Shown: in pieces, positions 15,511 through 24,870 of the stretch
Numbering within the stretch: position 1 is the first letter of the stretch
Layout: every line of letters starts with the position of its first letter
DNA from: Phycisphaerae bacterium
GTDB lineage: Bacteria > Planctomycetota > Phycisphaerae > WQYP01
DNA: 64,000 bases
NCBI GenBank assembly: GCA_035524355.1
Contig: DATKPA010000021.1
Coordinates: forward strand, 1-64,000
Direction: 5' to 3'
The notes under the pieces: model-generated
Databases searched by the model: none
Seen by the model: the letters and a program-made list of their open reading frames with translations, nothing else
What the model was told of the DNA's origin: nothing
Made by a program: the position numbers and the translations under genes

Positions 15511-16626
15511 ATGACCCTCAAGATCCTCATCAAGAACCACGAACGCGGCCTGCTCTTCAAGAACGGCAACTTCCAGCGCGTCCTCGCCCCCGGCGAATAC
15601 ACCCGCTGGAACCGGCTCTTCTCCAACCACGAAGAGGTCACGGTCTTCAACACGCTGGAGACGTTCGTGAAGCATCCGCTTCTGGAGACGTTTGCGACGC
15701 GCCCGGAGTTTTTGGCGGAGGCGCTGGTGCTCTCGCTGAAGGACACGGAGCGGGCGCTGGTGTGGCGCGATGAGCGGCTGTACTGGGTGTTTGGTCCGGG
15801 GCGGCATGCGCTCTGGAAGGCGCCGTACGCGCTGCGGGTCGAGACGTTCGACATCACGGCGCTGCGTTTTGAGCATCCGCAACTGGCGACGGTGCTGCAG
15901 AATTCGTCGGCAGCGCAGTACCTCGAAGGGGTGCAGGTGCCGGCGCATGAAGTGGTGCTGATGTATCGTGACGGTGTGCTGATGGAGCAGCTTCGCGAGG
16001 GTCTGCATGTGTTCTGGAAGGGCACGGGAAAGCTGGCGTTCAAAAGCGTCGACCTGCGGGAGCAGGTCGCGGATGTCGCGGGGCAGGAGATCATGACGGC
16101 GGACAAGGTGACGCTGCGTGTGAACCTGGTCGTGACGTTCCAGGTTGCGGACCCGGTTCTCGCGGTGACGAGCACGGCGGATTATCAGCAGGCGCTGTAC
16201 CGTGAGGCGCAGCTTGTTTTGCGTGCGGCGGTCGGCGGGAAGACGCTCGATGCGCTGCTCGCCGATAAGGAATCGGTCGGTAACGAGGTGCGGTCGACGC
16301 TGACGGCGCGTGCGTCGCAACTGGGTGTGCAGGTGAAGTCGATCGGTTTGCGCGACATCGTGCTGCCGGGCGATATGAAGGAGCTGATGAACCGGGTGAT
16401 CTCCGCCACCAAGGAAGCGGAGGCGAACCTGATCAAGCGCCGCGAGGAAACTGCGGCGGCGCGCAGCCAGGCGAACACGGCGAAGCTGCTTGCGGAGAGC
16501 CCGCAGCTGGCGCGTTTGAAGGAGCTGGAAATGCTGCAGCAGATTCTTGCCGGCACCAAGACGACGTTTGTGCTTGGCGCGGGGGATTTGACGCAGCAGA
16601 TTCGTGGGCTTGTGAGCACGGAGTAA
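15511..16626 (+). CDS. SPFH/Band-7 (stomatin/prohibitin-like) domain protein
   Basis: 371 aa; good RBS aaggagg; C-terminal VTLRVNLVVTFQVADP...LRDIVLPGDM...EAEANLIKRREETAAARSQAN SPFH core plus coiled-coil; N-terminal region contains two copies of an ERGLLFKNG/VLMEQLREGLHVFWKG-type segment. Confidence 0.8.
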   Translation: MTLKILIKNHERGLLFKNGNFQRVLAPGEYTRWNRLFSNHEEVTVFNTLETFVKHPLLETFATRPEFLAEALVLSLKDTERALVWRDERLYWVFGPGRHALWKAPYALRVETFDITALRFEHPQLATVLQNSSAAQYLEGVQVPAHEVVLMYRDGVLMEQLREGLHVFWKGTGKLAFKSVDLREQVADVAGQEIMTADKVTLRVNLVVTFQVADPVLAVTSTADYQQALYREAQLVLRAAVGGKTLDALLADKESVGNEVRSTLTARASQLGVQVKSIGLRDIVLPGDMKELMNRVISATKEAEANLIKRREETAAARSQANTAKLLAESPQLARLKELEMLQQILAGTKTTFVLGAGDLTQQIRGLVSTE

Positions 16627-16627
16627 C

Positions 16628-16650
16628 GTGGCATGGGCATCCTGCCCATG
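16628..16650. repeat. GTGG-CATGGGC-ATCCT-GCCCATG hairpin repeat (copy 5)
   Basis: identical to copy 2; starts 2 nt after SPFH stop; followed by second hairpin cgatggagtggtc...gaccactccatcg. Confidence 0.6.
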
Positions 16651-16754
16651 ATCGATGGAGTGGTCCCGACGACCACTCCATCGATTCTTCGGCGCGACGC
16701 GATCGCGCTGCAAACATCGCATAATGCCCAGGGATCTGATCCCTGGGCTTTCAC

Positions 16755-16826
16755 TCGCGGGTCGGCCAATTGGTAGGCCAGCGGATTCTGAATCCGCCAA
16801 TGGAGGTTCGAATCCTTCTCCGCGAA
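16755..16826 (+). tRNA. tRNA-Gln(CTG)
   Basis: U1-A72 acceptor TCGCGGG/TCCGCGA, anticodon arm GCGGA-TTCTGAA-TCCGC, T-loop TTCGAAT, A73. Confidence 0.75.
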
Positions 16827-16928
16827 ATTCTGATCTGATGAATCCTTAAAGAGAATCGATCAGCTAATATGGTTCCAGAACGACTTGCGAGGTACAGGAG
16901 GTGGCCCGTGGATTTAAAGGCAAAACAG

Positions 16929-17546
16929 ATGTGGGAAGATTTTTTGAATCCCGAGGTACTCCGATTTCGACTGGCCATCTCGTCCATCTACATCGTTACT
17001 TTTGAAGCATTGAAGGATTCTATTACCGATCACATCAAAACATTTTTTTGGACGGGGTTTGAGGACGGTAAGGAAGTTTTGGACCAAAAGTACGAATCGG
17101 ATGTTCTGAGCCGAAATCGGAGTCCCGTTCATGCCAGCCTTGAGTGGCTCCAAGAACGGAAGGCAATCGATGATAAGGACATCGAATCATTCGTCCGCGT
17201 AAAGGATTGTAGAAACAAGCTCGCCCATGGTTTGCTGAAAGTAGTGACTAAGGATGGCATTCCGTCTGATTTTGAGGAAAGGTTTCAGGAAATGGTCGCT
17301 CTCATGAAGAAGATCGACCACTGGTGGATCATCAATTTTGAAATTCCAATTAATTCTGACTTCGACGGCAAAGAAATTGATGAAGAACAAATCATGTCGG
17401 GACGGTTGATGTCGCTGCTAGTGCTCTACGACATTGCCCTCGGTTCCCCCGAGAAAAGCAGCTATTACCATGACGAGTTTCGCAAGCGGTGCGACGAGAA
17501 CCAAGCGAACACAACTAAGGAAAGACCCGCACATGACGAACGTTGA
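16929..17546 (+). CDS. hypothetical protein with HEPN-like Rx4H motif (RNKLAH), encoded on AT-rich island
   Basis: ORF 16869-17546 (start at MWEDF 16929 preferred); GC ~45% vs ~63% flanks; CRNKLAHGLL fits HEPN R-[N]-x3-H RNase motif; island begins at 3' end of tRNA-Gln and overlaps rtcB start by 15 nt. Confidence 0.5.
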   Translation: MWEDFLNPEVLRFRLAISSIYIVTFEALKDSITDHIKTFFWTGFEDGKEVLDQKYESDVLSRNRSPVHASLEWLQERKAIDDKDIESFVRVKDCRNKLAHGLLKVVTKDGIPSDFEERFQEMVALMKKIDHWWIINFEIPINSDFDGKEIDEEQIMSGRLMSLLVLYDIALGSPEKSSYYHDEFRKRCDENQANTTKERPAHDER

Positions 17547-19032
17547 CTACTACTTCATCCCCACCGGCGAAGCCACCGCCCTCCTCCCCGCTCGCGAAAA
17601 ATCCCTCTCCCCCATCACCGTCATCGCCACCGAAAAACTCCGCAGCACCTTCGACGACCTCTGCATCACCCAGGCCCTCAACTCCCGCGGCGCCCCCGGC
17701 GTCACCGAGCTCGTCCTCAACCCCGACGCCCACTGCGGCTACGGCGCCCCCATCGGCTGCGTCCTCGTCTCCCCCACCCACATCTACCCCGGCCCCGTCG
17801 GCGTCGACATCAAATGCTCCATGTCCCTCCTCCAGACCAACATCCCCGCGCGCGAAATCAACAACCCCAAAATCCGTCGCAACATTATTGATGCCATCCT
17901 CGAACGCGTCCCCACCGGCGCTGGCCGCGGGCAGCGCTCGGTCAAGAAATCGCGCCGTGTATCCGTCGAACAGGGCAAGCAACTCGCCATCCACGGCGCC
18001 TCGCGCGAAGTCCTCGAATCACTCAGCATCCCCGTCGAATGGGCCGCCCGCTGCGAAGACGCCCACCACCTCGGCTCCGATGGCACCACCGACTCCCTCG
18101 CGCGCCGCCTCGACCAGCTCCTCGCCAACCGCGTCCTTTCCAACTTCGAAGAAAAAATCCACCAGCTCGGCTCCTACGGCGGCGGCAACCACTTCGGCGA
18201 AGCCGAAATCGTCAACATCCGCCCCGGCATGGAAAAAATCGCCGACACCTTCGGCCTCCAGAACGGAAACGTCGCCTTCCTCTCCCACTGCGGCTCGCGC
18301 GGCTTCGGCTACCAGCTCGCCAGCAACCAATTCAAAACCCTCCAGGCCCAGTTCGAAAAATGGTCCACCCCCTTCCCCGCCGGCGACAAACAACTCGTCT
18401 ACGCCCCCCTCGGCACCTACGAGGCCGACCGGTACATCGACGACATGTCGCTGGGCGCCAACTTCGCCACCCTCAACCACCTGCTCATCAACGCGCTGGT
18501 TCTCGAAGCGTTTCAGGAAGTGCTGCCGGGAACGAAGGGAAATCTCGTCTACTTCATCTCGCACAACATCGCGCGGCTAGAGCCGGTGAAGAACAGCCCG
18601 CTCGGCATGGCCTGGGTTCATCGCAAGGGAGCCACCCGCGCCTTCTCCGCCGGCCATCCGCAACTCCAGAACACGCCCTTCGCCGCCACCGGCCACCCGA
18701 TTCTCCTCCCCGGAAATCCGCAGGCGGGCAGCAGCGTCATGGTCGCCACCGAAGGCGCACAAAAATCCGCCTACTCCGTCAACCACGGCGCCGGCCGGGT
18801 GAAAGGCCGCAAAGCCGCCATCCGCGAGTTCGATCAGAAGGAAATCGACCAGAGCTTCGAGGACGCGGATATCCTCACCAACTGCCGCCAGTACCCGAAG
18901 GACGAAGCCCCCGCCGCGTATAAGGATTTCAACGAAGTGCTGAAATCCGTTGAGACCGCCGACCTCGCCAAAGAAGTCGCCAGGCTCCGCGCCCGCTTCG
19001 TCATCAAAGACTCCGACAAGGCCGACGACTGA
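17532..19032 (+). CDS. rtcB: RNA-splicing ligase RtcB (3'-phosphate/5'-hydroxyl RNA ligase)
   Basis: NPDAHCGYG, HNIA, VHRKGAT, NHGAGR metal/GTP-binding motifs of RtcB; start at MTNVDYYF (track ORF begins 17434 in AT-rich island). Confidence 0.9.
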
Positions 19033-19073
19033 TATACCCCCCGGCTTGCCGGAGGTGACCCTGCCGCAACCAT

Positions 19074-19583
19074 ATGCGAGGCCGTCCAATGACAGCGCAC
19101 GAAATTCCCCGCTATCATGCCCCGATGAACCTCCACTCCGCCGGCAATCAAATCCTCATCCACGGACTCCTCTTCGTCGGCGTCGGTCTCCTCTGGGGCC
19201 TCGTCGTCCCCCACACTCCCTACCCCCGCCTCGCACTCGGCGCCCACATCCAATTGGTACTCAGCGGACTCCTCTTCCTCATCACCGCACTCCTCCTGCT
19301 CAAACTCCCCCACCGCGTCGGCTCCAAATCACTCCTCATCATCCTCACCTCGGTCTACCTCACCTGGCTCATGGCCCTCTCCGAAGTCGCCAACGCCTGG
19401 TGGGGCACCACCCACATGCTCCCCATCGCCGCCCTCCAGGCCAACGCCCCCGGCGCCGCCCCATGGCAGGAGACCATTGTTTCCCTCACCCACATCTCCG
19501 CCGGTCTCGCACTCATCGCCGCCTGGACCCTCCTCACCATCGGCTTCATCAAATCCCCTCCCCCGAAATCCCCCAGCCCGTGA
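19074..19583 (+). CDS. hypothetical 4-TM membrane protein
   Basis: 169 aa, four hydrophobic helices, C-rich codon use. Confidence 0.45.
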   Translation: MRGRPMTAHEIPRYHAPMNLHSAGNQILIHGLLFVGVGLLWGLVVPHTPYPRLALGAHIQLVLSGLLFLITALLLLKLPHRVGSKSLLIILTSVYLTWLMALSEVANAWWGTTHMLPIAALQANAPGAAPWQETIVSLTHISAGLALIAAWTLLTIGFIKSPPPKSPSP

Positions 19584-19607
19584 GGACCAGTAAAACTTGC
19601 ATTTTTC

Positions 19608-19634
19608 TTGACTTCATCAGGAAATCGATATAGT
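19608..19634 (+). promoter_or_regulatory. candidate sigma-70-like promoter (TTGACT-N15-TATAGT) at start of a ~400-nt low-GC leader upstream of adhesin gene
   Basis: hexamers match consensus but spacing is 15 nt. Confidence 0.2.
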
Positions 19635-20042
19635 TTCCACTATCGTTACGTGATACCGCCGTTAAGAAAGGCTTATTCCGCATTCCTCTGCGGCATGACT
19701 TCCTGATCGCACCTGACCCCATTTCGTATTCCGGTCTGTTGCGGTGAAACGAATGTCTGTGCCAACCACCATGTCGGCAAGCGCATTTCGGCAAGCGATT
19801 CTCCCATCCTGGAACTCCGTAAGTCGACCCGTGCTTGCTTCATCCCGAATGCGGAGCCCTCATCCCTGCGACCGTTCGCCGCCACACGGAACCCCGTGGA
19901 GGTAAGCCTGAGCCACCGACCACGCACCACGGATATAACCCTATATCCCTCCCATGGCCGGTGAATAAAAATTTGGAGCCGAACATCTCGCCCGTCGTTC
20001 ATTCACAGGTTCCCGGCCTCCGCCGGTGATGAGGAGACTTTC

Positions 20043-22655
20043 ATGCTCGCATCGCTTCGCACCGCGTTCACAAGTCACTTCGCGCCCCAATTCCCCGCAC
20101 TGGAAACCCCCGGCGCTGCTAAAGCACCAGCCCCTACAGGCCTCGCAAAACTCCGACGCCACGCCGCCCGCGCCATCCTCGAAGCCCTCGAACCCCGAAC
20201 ACTCCTCACCGCCTACGTCGTCAATACCCTCGTGGATGAAAGCAACGGCATCAACGTCGGCAACGTCTCCCTCCGCGACGCCATCAACGCCGCAAACGCC
20301 AACCCCGGCCCGGACTCCATCTCCTTCGCCCCGGCCCTCACCGCCAACGGTCCCGCCACCATCACCCTCACCAACGGCGAAATCGACTTCACCGACACTA
20401 CCGGCCTCACCACCATCACCGGCCCCGGCGCCACCCTCCTCTCCATCAGCGGCAACAACGCCAACCGCATCTTCAGCCTCTCCGCTTCCGCCTCCGCCTC
20501 CATCAGCGAACTCACCATCTCCCACGGAAACGACGCCACGCAAGGCGGCGCCATCCAGAACCTCGGCGCTCTCACCCTCTCCAATTGCACCTTCTCGCAA
20601 AACACCGCCGGCTCCCTTGGCGGGGCGATCTACGCCAACCAGTCCAACACCTCCCTCATCAACTGCTCTTTCTCCAACAACACCACTTCCGGCGGCACCA
20701 GTAAGGGCGGCGGCATCTACCAGTTCGCCGGCACCGTGGATGTCACCGGCAGCACCTTCTCCGGTAATTCCTCCGCCAATGGCGGCGCTCTCTATAACGT
20801 CGCCGGCACCCTCACCGTCGCCAATTCCTCCTTCTCCGCCGATACCGCGAGCAACTTCGGCGGCGCCATTTTTAACGACACTTCCCTGATCCTCTCCGGA
20901 AGCACCTTCTCCGGTAACTCCGCCGTCGACGGCGGCGGACTCGCCTCCACCAACACCGCCACCGTTACCAACTCCACTTTCGTCGCCAATAACGCCTCGG
21001 CCTACGGCGGAGCAATCTTCAACTTCGGCACCATCAACATCGCCGACAGCACCATCTCCGGTAATCACGCCAACAACACCTCCGGCGGAATTGACGGCTT
21101 CGCCGGAACACTCAACAACACCATCATCGCCGGAAACACCGGCACCATCCCCGACATCTCCGGCTCCGTCACCTCTCCCGCATACAACCTCATCGGCGTC
21201 GGCGACTCCCTCACCGGCATCAACAACGGCGTCAACGGCAACATGGTCGGAACCGCCGGCTCCCCCATCAACCCCCTCCTCGGATCTCTCGCCAACAACG
21301 GCGGCCTTGTTCAAACCATGGCCCTCCTCCCCGGCAGCCCCGCAATCGACGCCGGCGATCCCGCTTTCTCCGCTCCCCCCGCCACAGACGCCCGCGGAAC
21401 CAACTTCGCCCGCGTTGCCAATGGCCACCTCGACATCGGCGCCTTCGAAGCCCAGAAAATCCACATCGTCTTGAGCGCCCCCACCTCCGCCATCGCCGGT
21501 GCCCCCTTTACCGTCTCCATCACCGCTCTCGATGAATTCAACCAGCCCGTTGGCGGATACACCGGACCTCTCAACATCACCAGTTCCGCCTCCTCCTCCC
21601 TCCTGCCTTCCGGTGCCACACTCAGCAGCACCACCGGCACCGGCACCTTCTCCGCCACCATCAACTCCGCCGGCACCTTCTCCCTCGAAGCCAAGGACCC
21701 CGTTACCCCCTCCATCGACAATTCCACCAACATCGCCATCATCGCCGACGCCGCCCCCACCGCTCTCGCACTCGCCGGCAGTTCCGTTGGCGAGCATCTC
21801 CCCATCGGCACCACCATCGGCTCGTTGAGCACCACCGACCCCGACGCCGGCGACTCCTTCTCTTACGCCCTCGTCAGCGGCGACGGCAGCACCAACAACA
21901 CCTACTTCGCCATCTCCGGCAACTCCCTCATCACCAACGCCGTCTTCACCTACAGCGCGCAACACACCTTCTCCATCCGCGTCCGCACCACCGATCACGC
22001 CGGCCTCTTCACTGAGCAGACCTTCACCATCACCATCCTCCCCCCCGTCGCCCGCCTCTTCTTCCCCCAGTTCCCCCCCAATGTCGTCGCCGGACAAACC
22101 CAGAGCCGCACGATCACCGTCCAGGTCCTCAATGCCATCGGCACCCTCAACACCACCAGCAAAAACAGCGTCACACTGAAGATCCTCAACGGTCCCGCGA
22201 AGGCCAAGTTGACCGGAAAAACCGTCCTCACCCCCGCCAACGGACAGGTCGCCTTCGGCAAGTTCTCCTTCACCATCGCCGGCCTCTACACCCTCCAGGC
22301 CACCGACTCCGGTTTCGCCGCCGCCACCACCATGTTCACCGTCTGGGCCGCCCCCTCCGTTTCATTGCGCTTCTCCAAAATCCCCACCACCGCCAGCGTC
22401 GGCGTCCCCTTCCTCGTCCGCGTCTCCGCCTACGACAAGTACAACAACATGAACACCCGCGACACCCGCCTCATCACCCTCTCCCTCGCCACCCACCCCA
22501 ACGAGTCCCTCCTCCACGGCACCCTCAAACTCCACCTCATCGCCGGCACCATCGCCTTCACAGGCCTATCCGTCAACAAAGCCGGAAAATACACACTCAA
22601 AGCCACCGACGGCCTCAAACTCACCCTCACCTCCGGCAATATCACCGTCACGTAA
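20043..22655 (+). CDS. large secreted Pmp-repeat (GGAI) / parallel beta-helix protein with cadherin-like and Ig-like domains (putative adhesin)
   Basis: 870 aa; repeated GGAIY/GGALY/GGAIF motifs every ~30 aa, FSxN repeats, DPDAGDSFSYALVSGDG cadherin-like segment. Confidence 0.8.
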   Translation: MLASLRTAFTSHFAPQFPALETPGAAKAPAPTGLAKLRRHAARAILEALEPRTLLTAYVVNTLVDESNGINVGNVSLRDAINAANANPGPDSISFAPALTANGPATITLTNGEIDFTDTTGLTTITGPGATLLSISGNNANRIFSLSASASASISELTISHGNDATQGGAIQNLGALTLSNCTFSQNTAGSLGGAIYANQSNTSLINCSFSNNTTSGGTSKGGGIYQFAGTVDVTGSTFSGNSSANGGALYNVAGTLTVANSSFSADTASNFGGAIFNDTSLILSGSTFSGNSAVDGGGLASTNTATVTNSTFVANNASAYGGAIFNFGTINIADSTISGNHANNTSGGIDGFAGTLNNTIIAGNTGTIPDISGSVTSPAYNLIGVGDSLTGINNGVNGNMVGTAGSPINPLLGSLANNGGLVQTMALLPGSPAIDAGDPAFSAPPATDARGTNFARVANGHLDIGAFEAQKIHIVLSAPTSAIAGAPFTVSITALDEFNQPVGGYTGPLNITSSASSSLLPSGATLSSTTGTGTFSATINSAGTFSLEAKDPVTPSIDNSTNIAIIADAAPTALALAGSSVGEHLPIGTTIGSLSTTDPDAGDSFSYALVSGDGSTNNTYFAISGNSLITNAVFTYSAQHTFSIRVRTTDHAGLFTEQTFTITILPPVARLFFPQFPPNVVAGQTQSRTITVQVLNAIGTLNTTSKNSVTLKILNGPAKAKLTGKTVLTPANGQVAFGKFSFTIAGLYTLQATDSGFAAATTMFTVWAAPSVSLRFSKIPTTASVGVPFLVRVSAYDKYNNMNTRDTRLITLSLATHPNESLLHGTLKLHLIAGTIAFTGLSVNKAGKYTLKATDGLKLTLTSGNITVT

Positions 22656-22728
22656 TCGGGCGAGACGGCCCCGGCACAGGCGCCATCAGTGGAAATGCCG
22701 ACAACTGACTTCCGACTTCCAAACTCAG

Positions 22729-23493
22729 CTACCCCACCACCCTCACCACCTCCGCAATCTGCTCCGCCTCAAACCGCTTCCGCTCCGTCCCATCAAACGA
22801 CAGCTTCACCTTCCCCACCTTCGCCACCACATTCACCGCCACATCGCACAACCGCATCATCCGCGGCTTCGCGTGCGGTGGATTGATGTTGAACACATCC
22901 GTCACATCCCCCAGCGCCGGCTTCAAATCCACCAGCGCTGCCGGATCATTGATGTACTCATACTCCCGCACCGCCTCCAGCCGCACCTCCGGATCCCCCG
23001 ACGCCAGCTTCTTCCGCTGGATCGCCCGCGCCCCGCCATCCCCCAGCCGTGCCAGCGCCAGCACAATCTTATGATTCGCATCCCCGTCTTTCTCGAGTTC
23101 CCGCCGTCTCTCCAGAAATGTCGTGTCCCCCCGCTTCATGATCCGCCCCAGCACCAGCGCCACCTCCCCACGAATATACGGATCCGCATTCCCCGCCAGT
23201 TGCATCTGCAGCGCCATCACATCCGTTTCATCCGCCCACTTCTCCAACCCCCGCATCGCCTCCGACCGCACATTCACATCCGCATCCCCCAGCGCCGCAA
23301 TCAGCATCCTGTTCCGCGACGGCCCCCCCGCCGCATTGATCGCCTTCATATCCAGCTCCCGCACCTCCGCATCCGGATTCGTCGCCAGCTTCTCCAGCAC
23401 CCCCTCCGCATTCGCCCCCAGCTCCCCCGCCAGTGCGATCGCCGACCGATCCTTCGCCACAATCTTCTGTTCCAGCACCTGTGCATTCATCAT
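22729..23493 (-). CDS. HEAT/PBS-lyase repeat protein
   Basis: repeated ...DPxVRxxAxxALGxIGD-like units; start placed at MMNAQV. Confidence 0.6.
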   Translation of the reverse strand: MMNAQVLEQKIVAKDRSAIALAGELGANAEGVLEKLATNPDAEVRELDMKAINAAGGPSRNRMLIAALGDADVNVRSEAMRGLEKWADETDVMALQMQLAGNADPYIRGEVALVLGRIMKRGDTTFLERRRELEKDGDANHKIVLALARLGDGGARAIQRKKLASGDPEVRLEAVREYEYINDPAALVDLKPALGDVTDVFNINPPHAKPRMMRLCDVAVNVVAKVGKVKLSFDGTERKRFEAEQIAEVVRVVG

Positions 23494-23599
23494 CGACTCT
23501 CTTGTCTCTTGCCCATCCACTCGCCCAACACCACAAACAACCACCACCGCCACACACAACACCCGCCCCACCCGAAGCAGCCATCCCAAAACCCAAAAA

Positions 23600-23626
23600 C
23601 TTTCGTGTCTTTCGTGTCTTTCGTGG
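23600..23626. repeat. CTTTCGTG x3 tandem repeat
   Basis: ctttcgtgtctttcgtgtctttcgtgg in intergenic region. Confidence 0.5.
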
Positions 23627-23651
23627 CCATTCATCCGTCGTCAAACCGCTC

Positions 23652-24782
23652 CTAAAACGCATTCCGCGCCCGCGTCCGCGCATCATACCACTCCGCATCC
23701 CGATTAAACTGCGCCCGATTCCGCAGCGTGATCAACGCCCCACGCTGCTGATGCCCATACCCCAACTCCTCCCGCCAACCCACCTGCGCCGCGAACGGCC
23801 GAAACGCATACATCAACTGCCGGCACACCCACATGTCCTCCCGCGAATGATCGTTCTGCGTCTTGTCGTCCGCGTGCGGCAAACTCAAAAAATGCCCAAG
23901 CTCGTGCGCCAGATCGTTCGCATCCGCCCCGTCCTTCATCACGATCCCATGATTCGTCGGATCGTTGACCTTGTCCCACGTCATCGCATTCAACGCATGC
24001 GGATGTGCCGCATTACCCACGTTCGTAAACTGCCCCGCAAAATACACGTTGATCTGGTTCGCCCCGCGCTTCTGTTGCCGCAACTGCCAGAACTCATTCC
24101 AATACTGCGCCGCCACCGACCCCACCGCCGCATTCGTGTCGTTGTACGTGATCTCCCCCGCCGTCACATACCCCGTCATCGTCACATCCTGCCCCGTCGT
24201 CGGCAAAAACCGAAACTGAATCCCGCACGGCCGCCAGATCGCATTCACCCCCGTCGCCAGATCCTCCACATCAAAATGATCCGTGTTGCACGCCGTCCCG
24301 TTGATCGTCACCAAATGCGGCAACACATCCAGAAGAATCCGCTGAAACACCCGCACCCCGAACTCCATCATCAAAGGCCCCGTCGTCGACCCCAGCCGCA
24401 CCTCCACCACCACAAACTTGTTCGCCGTCCCCCCCGTCGCCCCCGACACCCCATGCAGCGTAAAAATCCCATTCGCCGGCACCGGCCCCCCGCCGCTTGG
24501 CGCCGCAATCGTCACCGTCCCCGTATCCTTCGACACCAAAAACAACTCCGCCGTATCCTCAATCCGCACCCGCTTCAACTTCACCCGCACATCCGTCCCC
24601 TCCGTCAGCCCCACCACCGGCCCATGCACATCCGCCAGCGTATAACTCGCCCCCGACGGATCCGGATCCCACCCCCGATCATCCACATCCGGCGCATCCG
24701 CCACCGCCGGCCCCGTCACCGCCCGCTCAATCGTCAACGGCACAATCCGCCGAAACCCATGCACCTCTTCCTCAATCGCCAC
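23652..24782 (-). CDS. metzincin-like zinc metalloprotease
   Basis: HELGHFLSLPH (HExxHxxxxxH) zinc-binding signature; 376 aa. Confidence 0.7.
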   Translation of the reverse strand: MAIEEEVHGFRRIVPLTIERAVTGPAVADAPDVDDRGWDPDPSGASYTLADVHGPVVGLTEGTDVRVKLKRVRIEDTAELFLVSKDTGTVTIAAPSGGGPVPANGIFTLHGVSGATGGTANKFVVVEVRLGSTTGPLMMEFGVRVFQRILLDVLPHLVTINGTACNTDHFDVEDLATGVNAIWRPCGIQFRFLPTTGQDVTMTGYVTAGEITYNDTNAAVGSVAAQYWNEFWQLRQQKRGANQINVYFAGQFTNVGNAAHPHALNAMTWDKVNDPTNHGIVMKDGADANDLAHELGHFLSLPHADDKTQNDHSREDMWVCRQLMYAFRPFAAQVGWREELGYGHQQRGALITLRNRAQFNRDAEWYDARTRARNAF

Positions 24783-24793
24783 AACTCCCCCCC

Positions 24794-24870
24794 ATCATCT
24801 TCATCCTAATCTTCATCTTCATCTCCATTCTGAATTCTGAATTCCTACATTCTGAATTCCAACTCACTCC
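24794..24870. repeat. CATCTT / ATTCTGA short tandem repeats
   Basis: tcttcatcctaatcttcatcttcatctccattctgaattctgaattcctacattctgaattcc. Confidence 0.5.

Noticed and set aside
14704-17532. Searched for a sigma-54 (TGGCACG-N4-TTGCW) promoter for rtcB, the SPFH gene or the divergent rtcR neighbour
   Set aside because: Candidates at ~15190 (TGACAC...CTTGCA), 16628 (TGGCATGGGC...) and 16895 (TGGTTCC...ACTTGCG) all have wrong -24/-12 spacing. No convincing site was found by eye.
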